DNA from: Acidobacteriota bacterium
Lineage (GTDB): Bacteria > Acidobacteriota > UBA6911 > RPQK01 > JAJDTT01
Reading direction: 5' to 3'
Length of the DNA: 64,000 nt
Assembly (NCBI GenBank): GCA_965263035.1
Contig: OZ253580.1
Coordinates: 4,608,001 to 4,672,000 of the forward strand
Part shown: in pieces, positions 62,608 to 64,000 of the stretch
Layout of the letters: each line of letters opens with the position of its first letter
How positions within the stretch are numbered: position 1 is the first letter of the stretch
Notes under the pieces: generated by a model
Databases searched by the model: none
What the model saw: the letters and a program-made list of their open reading frames with translations, nothing else
What the model was told of the DNA's origin: nothing
Program-made: the position numbers and the translations under genes

Positions 62608-63945
62608 CTACCCGGCCTCGGCTTGGGCTCTGGCGATGGCCCGGCCGGTCGCTTCGATCAGTCCGTCGATGTCGGCGTCGGTCATGGGAACCGAGAGCGC
62701 GCACATGCCCAGCGTGTGACCCAGGAAGTAACCCTCTTGCAGCAACGCCAGGAAGGTGGGAGCGATCAGCGAGCCGTCGAGGGCGGCCAGGTCGCGGTAG
62801 TTCCGCAGTTCGCCTTGGCTGAAGTAGATGCTGAAGACGGAGCCGGTGTTGACGGCCTGGGCTACGATCCCTTCGCGGGCAAACAGCTGGTTGAGTCCGT
62901 TGGTGAGCCGGTCCCCCAGCAGGTTCAGATGAGCGCAGGCTTCGGGCGTCAGTTCCTGGAGCATCGCCAAGCCGGCCGCCATGGCCAGGGGATGGGCGCT
63001 GAAAGTACCGCTCTGGGAAAAACCGCTCCCCGGCTTGCTGCTGTCCAGGAGGTCCATCAGGTCGGCCCGCCCCCCGAAGGCCCCGACGGGAAAACCGCCT
63101 CCCACGATCTTCCCGAAGCAGGTCAGGTCGGGATCGATTCCGAATACGGCCTGGAGCCCCCCCGGAGCCGAGCGGAAGGCGACGATCTCGTCGAAGATGA
63201 GCAGGACGCCGTTTTCCCGCGTGATCCGCCGTACTGCCTGCGCGAACTCGGGCCGGATGCGCAGGATCCCGCACTTGGGATCGAAAATGACGCAGGCCAG
63301 TTCGTCCCGGTTCTCCACGATGAGCCGCTCCACCGCCTCTTCGTCGTTGTAGGGCAGGATCAAGACCTCATCGGCCACGCTGGGGGAACTCCCCCCCGCC
63401 CCCGGAACCGAGTTGGGCGCATGGGCCGGACCCGCCTTGGCCAGAGGGGGCGCGACGCTGACTTCCACCGGATCATGACTGCCGTGATAGCCCCCTTCGA
63501 ACTTGGCGATCTTCGTCTTCCCGGAAAACCCGCGGGCCAGCCGAATCGCGTGCAGGGTGGCTTCGGTTCCTGAATTGACGAAGCGGATCCGATCCAGGGA
63601 GTCGACCCTTCGGCACATCTCCTCGGCGATGGGGGCTTCCGTCCCCATGGGAGCGCCCACGGCCAAGCCCCTGGGGATCTGGGCGTAGACGGCCTCCATC
63701 ACTCGAGGATGGTTGTGCCCGAGGACCTGGGCCGTGTGGTGATTGGCGCAGTCCAGGTATTCGTTCCCGTCCACGTCCCAGAGACGGGTGCCCTCTCCCC
63801 GGTCCATGCTGAGGGGATAGGGACGGTAGTAGTAGGCTCCCTTGGCCGGACCCGCCGTGTACTCGCTCCCCCCCTCGTACAGCTCCCGGGAACGAGGCGT
63901 CCGGGCTCGAAAACTCTCCACTATCGTCGCAACGCCCTGAGTCAT
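62608..63945 (-). CDS. Class III aminotransferase (glutamate-1-semialdehyde aminomutase-like)
   Basis: WDVDGNEYLD, NSGTEA, YHGS, FDEI, FGKIVGGGFPVGA and SGTF. Confidence 0.88.
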   Translation of the reverse strand: MTQGVATIVESFRARTPRSRELYEGGSEYTAGPAKGAYYYRPYPLSMDRGEGTRLWDVDGNEYLDCANHHTAQVLGHNHPRVMEAVYAQIPRGLAVGAPMGTEAPIAEEMCRRVDSLDRIRFVNSGTEATLHAIRLARGFSGKTKIAKFEGGYHGSHDPVEVSVAPPLAKAGPAHAPNSVPGAGGSSPSVADEVLILPYNDEEAVERLIVENRDELACVIFDPKCGILRIRPEFAQAVRRITRENGVLLIFDEIVAFRSAPGGLQAVFGIDPDLTCFGKIVGGGFPVGAFGGRADLMDLLDSSKPGSGFSQSGTFSAHPLAMAAGLAMLQELTPEACAHLNLLGDRLTNGLNQLFAREGIVAQAVNTGSVFSIYFSQGELRNYRDLAALDGSLIAPTFLALLQEGYFLGHTLGMCALSVPMTDADIDGLIEATGRAIARAQAEAG

Positions 63946-63964
63946 GAATTTCTCCTCACTCTAG

Positions 63965-64000
63965 GAGCCTGCGCCGCAGAAATTGATCTACTGCGAAAGC
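63965..64000. mobile_element. Left end of a second MITE copy (runs off the window)
   Basis: CTAG + GAGCCTGCGCCGCAGAAATTGATC..., one mismatch versus 42425-42464. Confidence 0.8.

Noticed and set aside
61680-62719. ORFs of 248, 91 and 138 aa over the intron
   Set aside because: No RT (YADD) motifs; they are incidental frames across structured RNA.

Overview
GC-rich bacterial DNA in two parts. About 1-32.5 kb is a defence/mobile island. It holds a type I R-M locus (hsdR frameshifted), a decayed second type I R-M locus interleaved with toxin-antitoxin genes and IS1380 remnants, and a ~21 kb convergent cluster. The cluster's + strand carries a MORC/GHKL ATPase, a DUF4338 (DruA-like) protein, a large unknown protein and an SNF2 helicase. 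Its - strand carries a 2106-aa DEAH/DUF1998 (DruE-like) helicase, a NERD-SF1 helicase split by an intact IS1380 with TTAAA target duplication, and an unknown 340-aa protein. This looks like a non-canonical Druantia-related anti-phage system and is the best candidate for an undescribed system. About 32.8-64 kb is heterotrophic metabolism (TonB receptor, BNR protein, amidohydrolase, iolG, SSS symporters, octaheme/NapC cytochromes, ppk2, PQQ dehydrogenases, CocE hydrolase, aminotransferase). Mixed into it are TA cassettes delimited by a recurrent GGGACAGTC motif, a 159-bp MITE, GGAG-type REP palindromes and a 630-nt ORF-less class C group II intron inserted in a REP. All family calls come from motif recognition by eye; no database searches were run.
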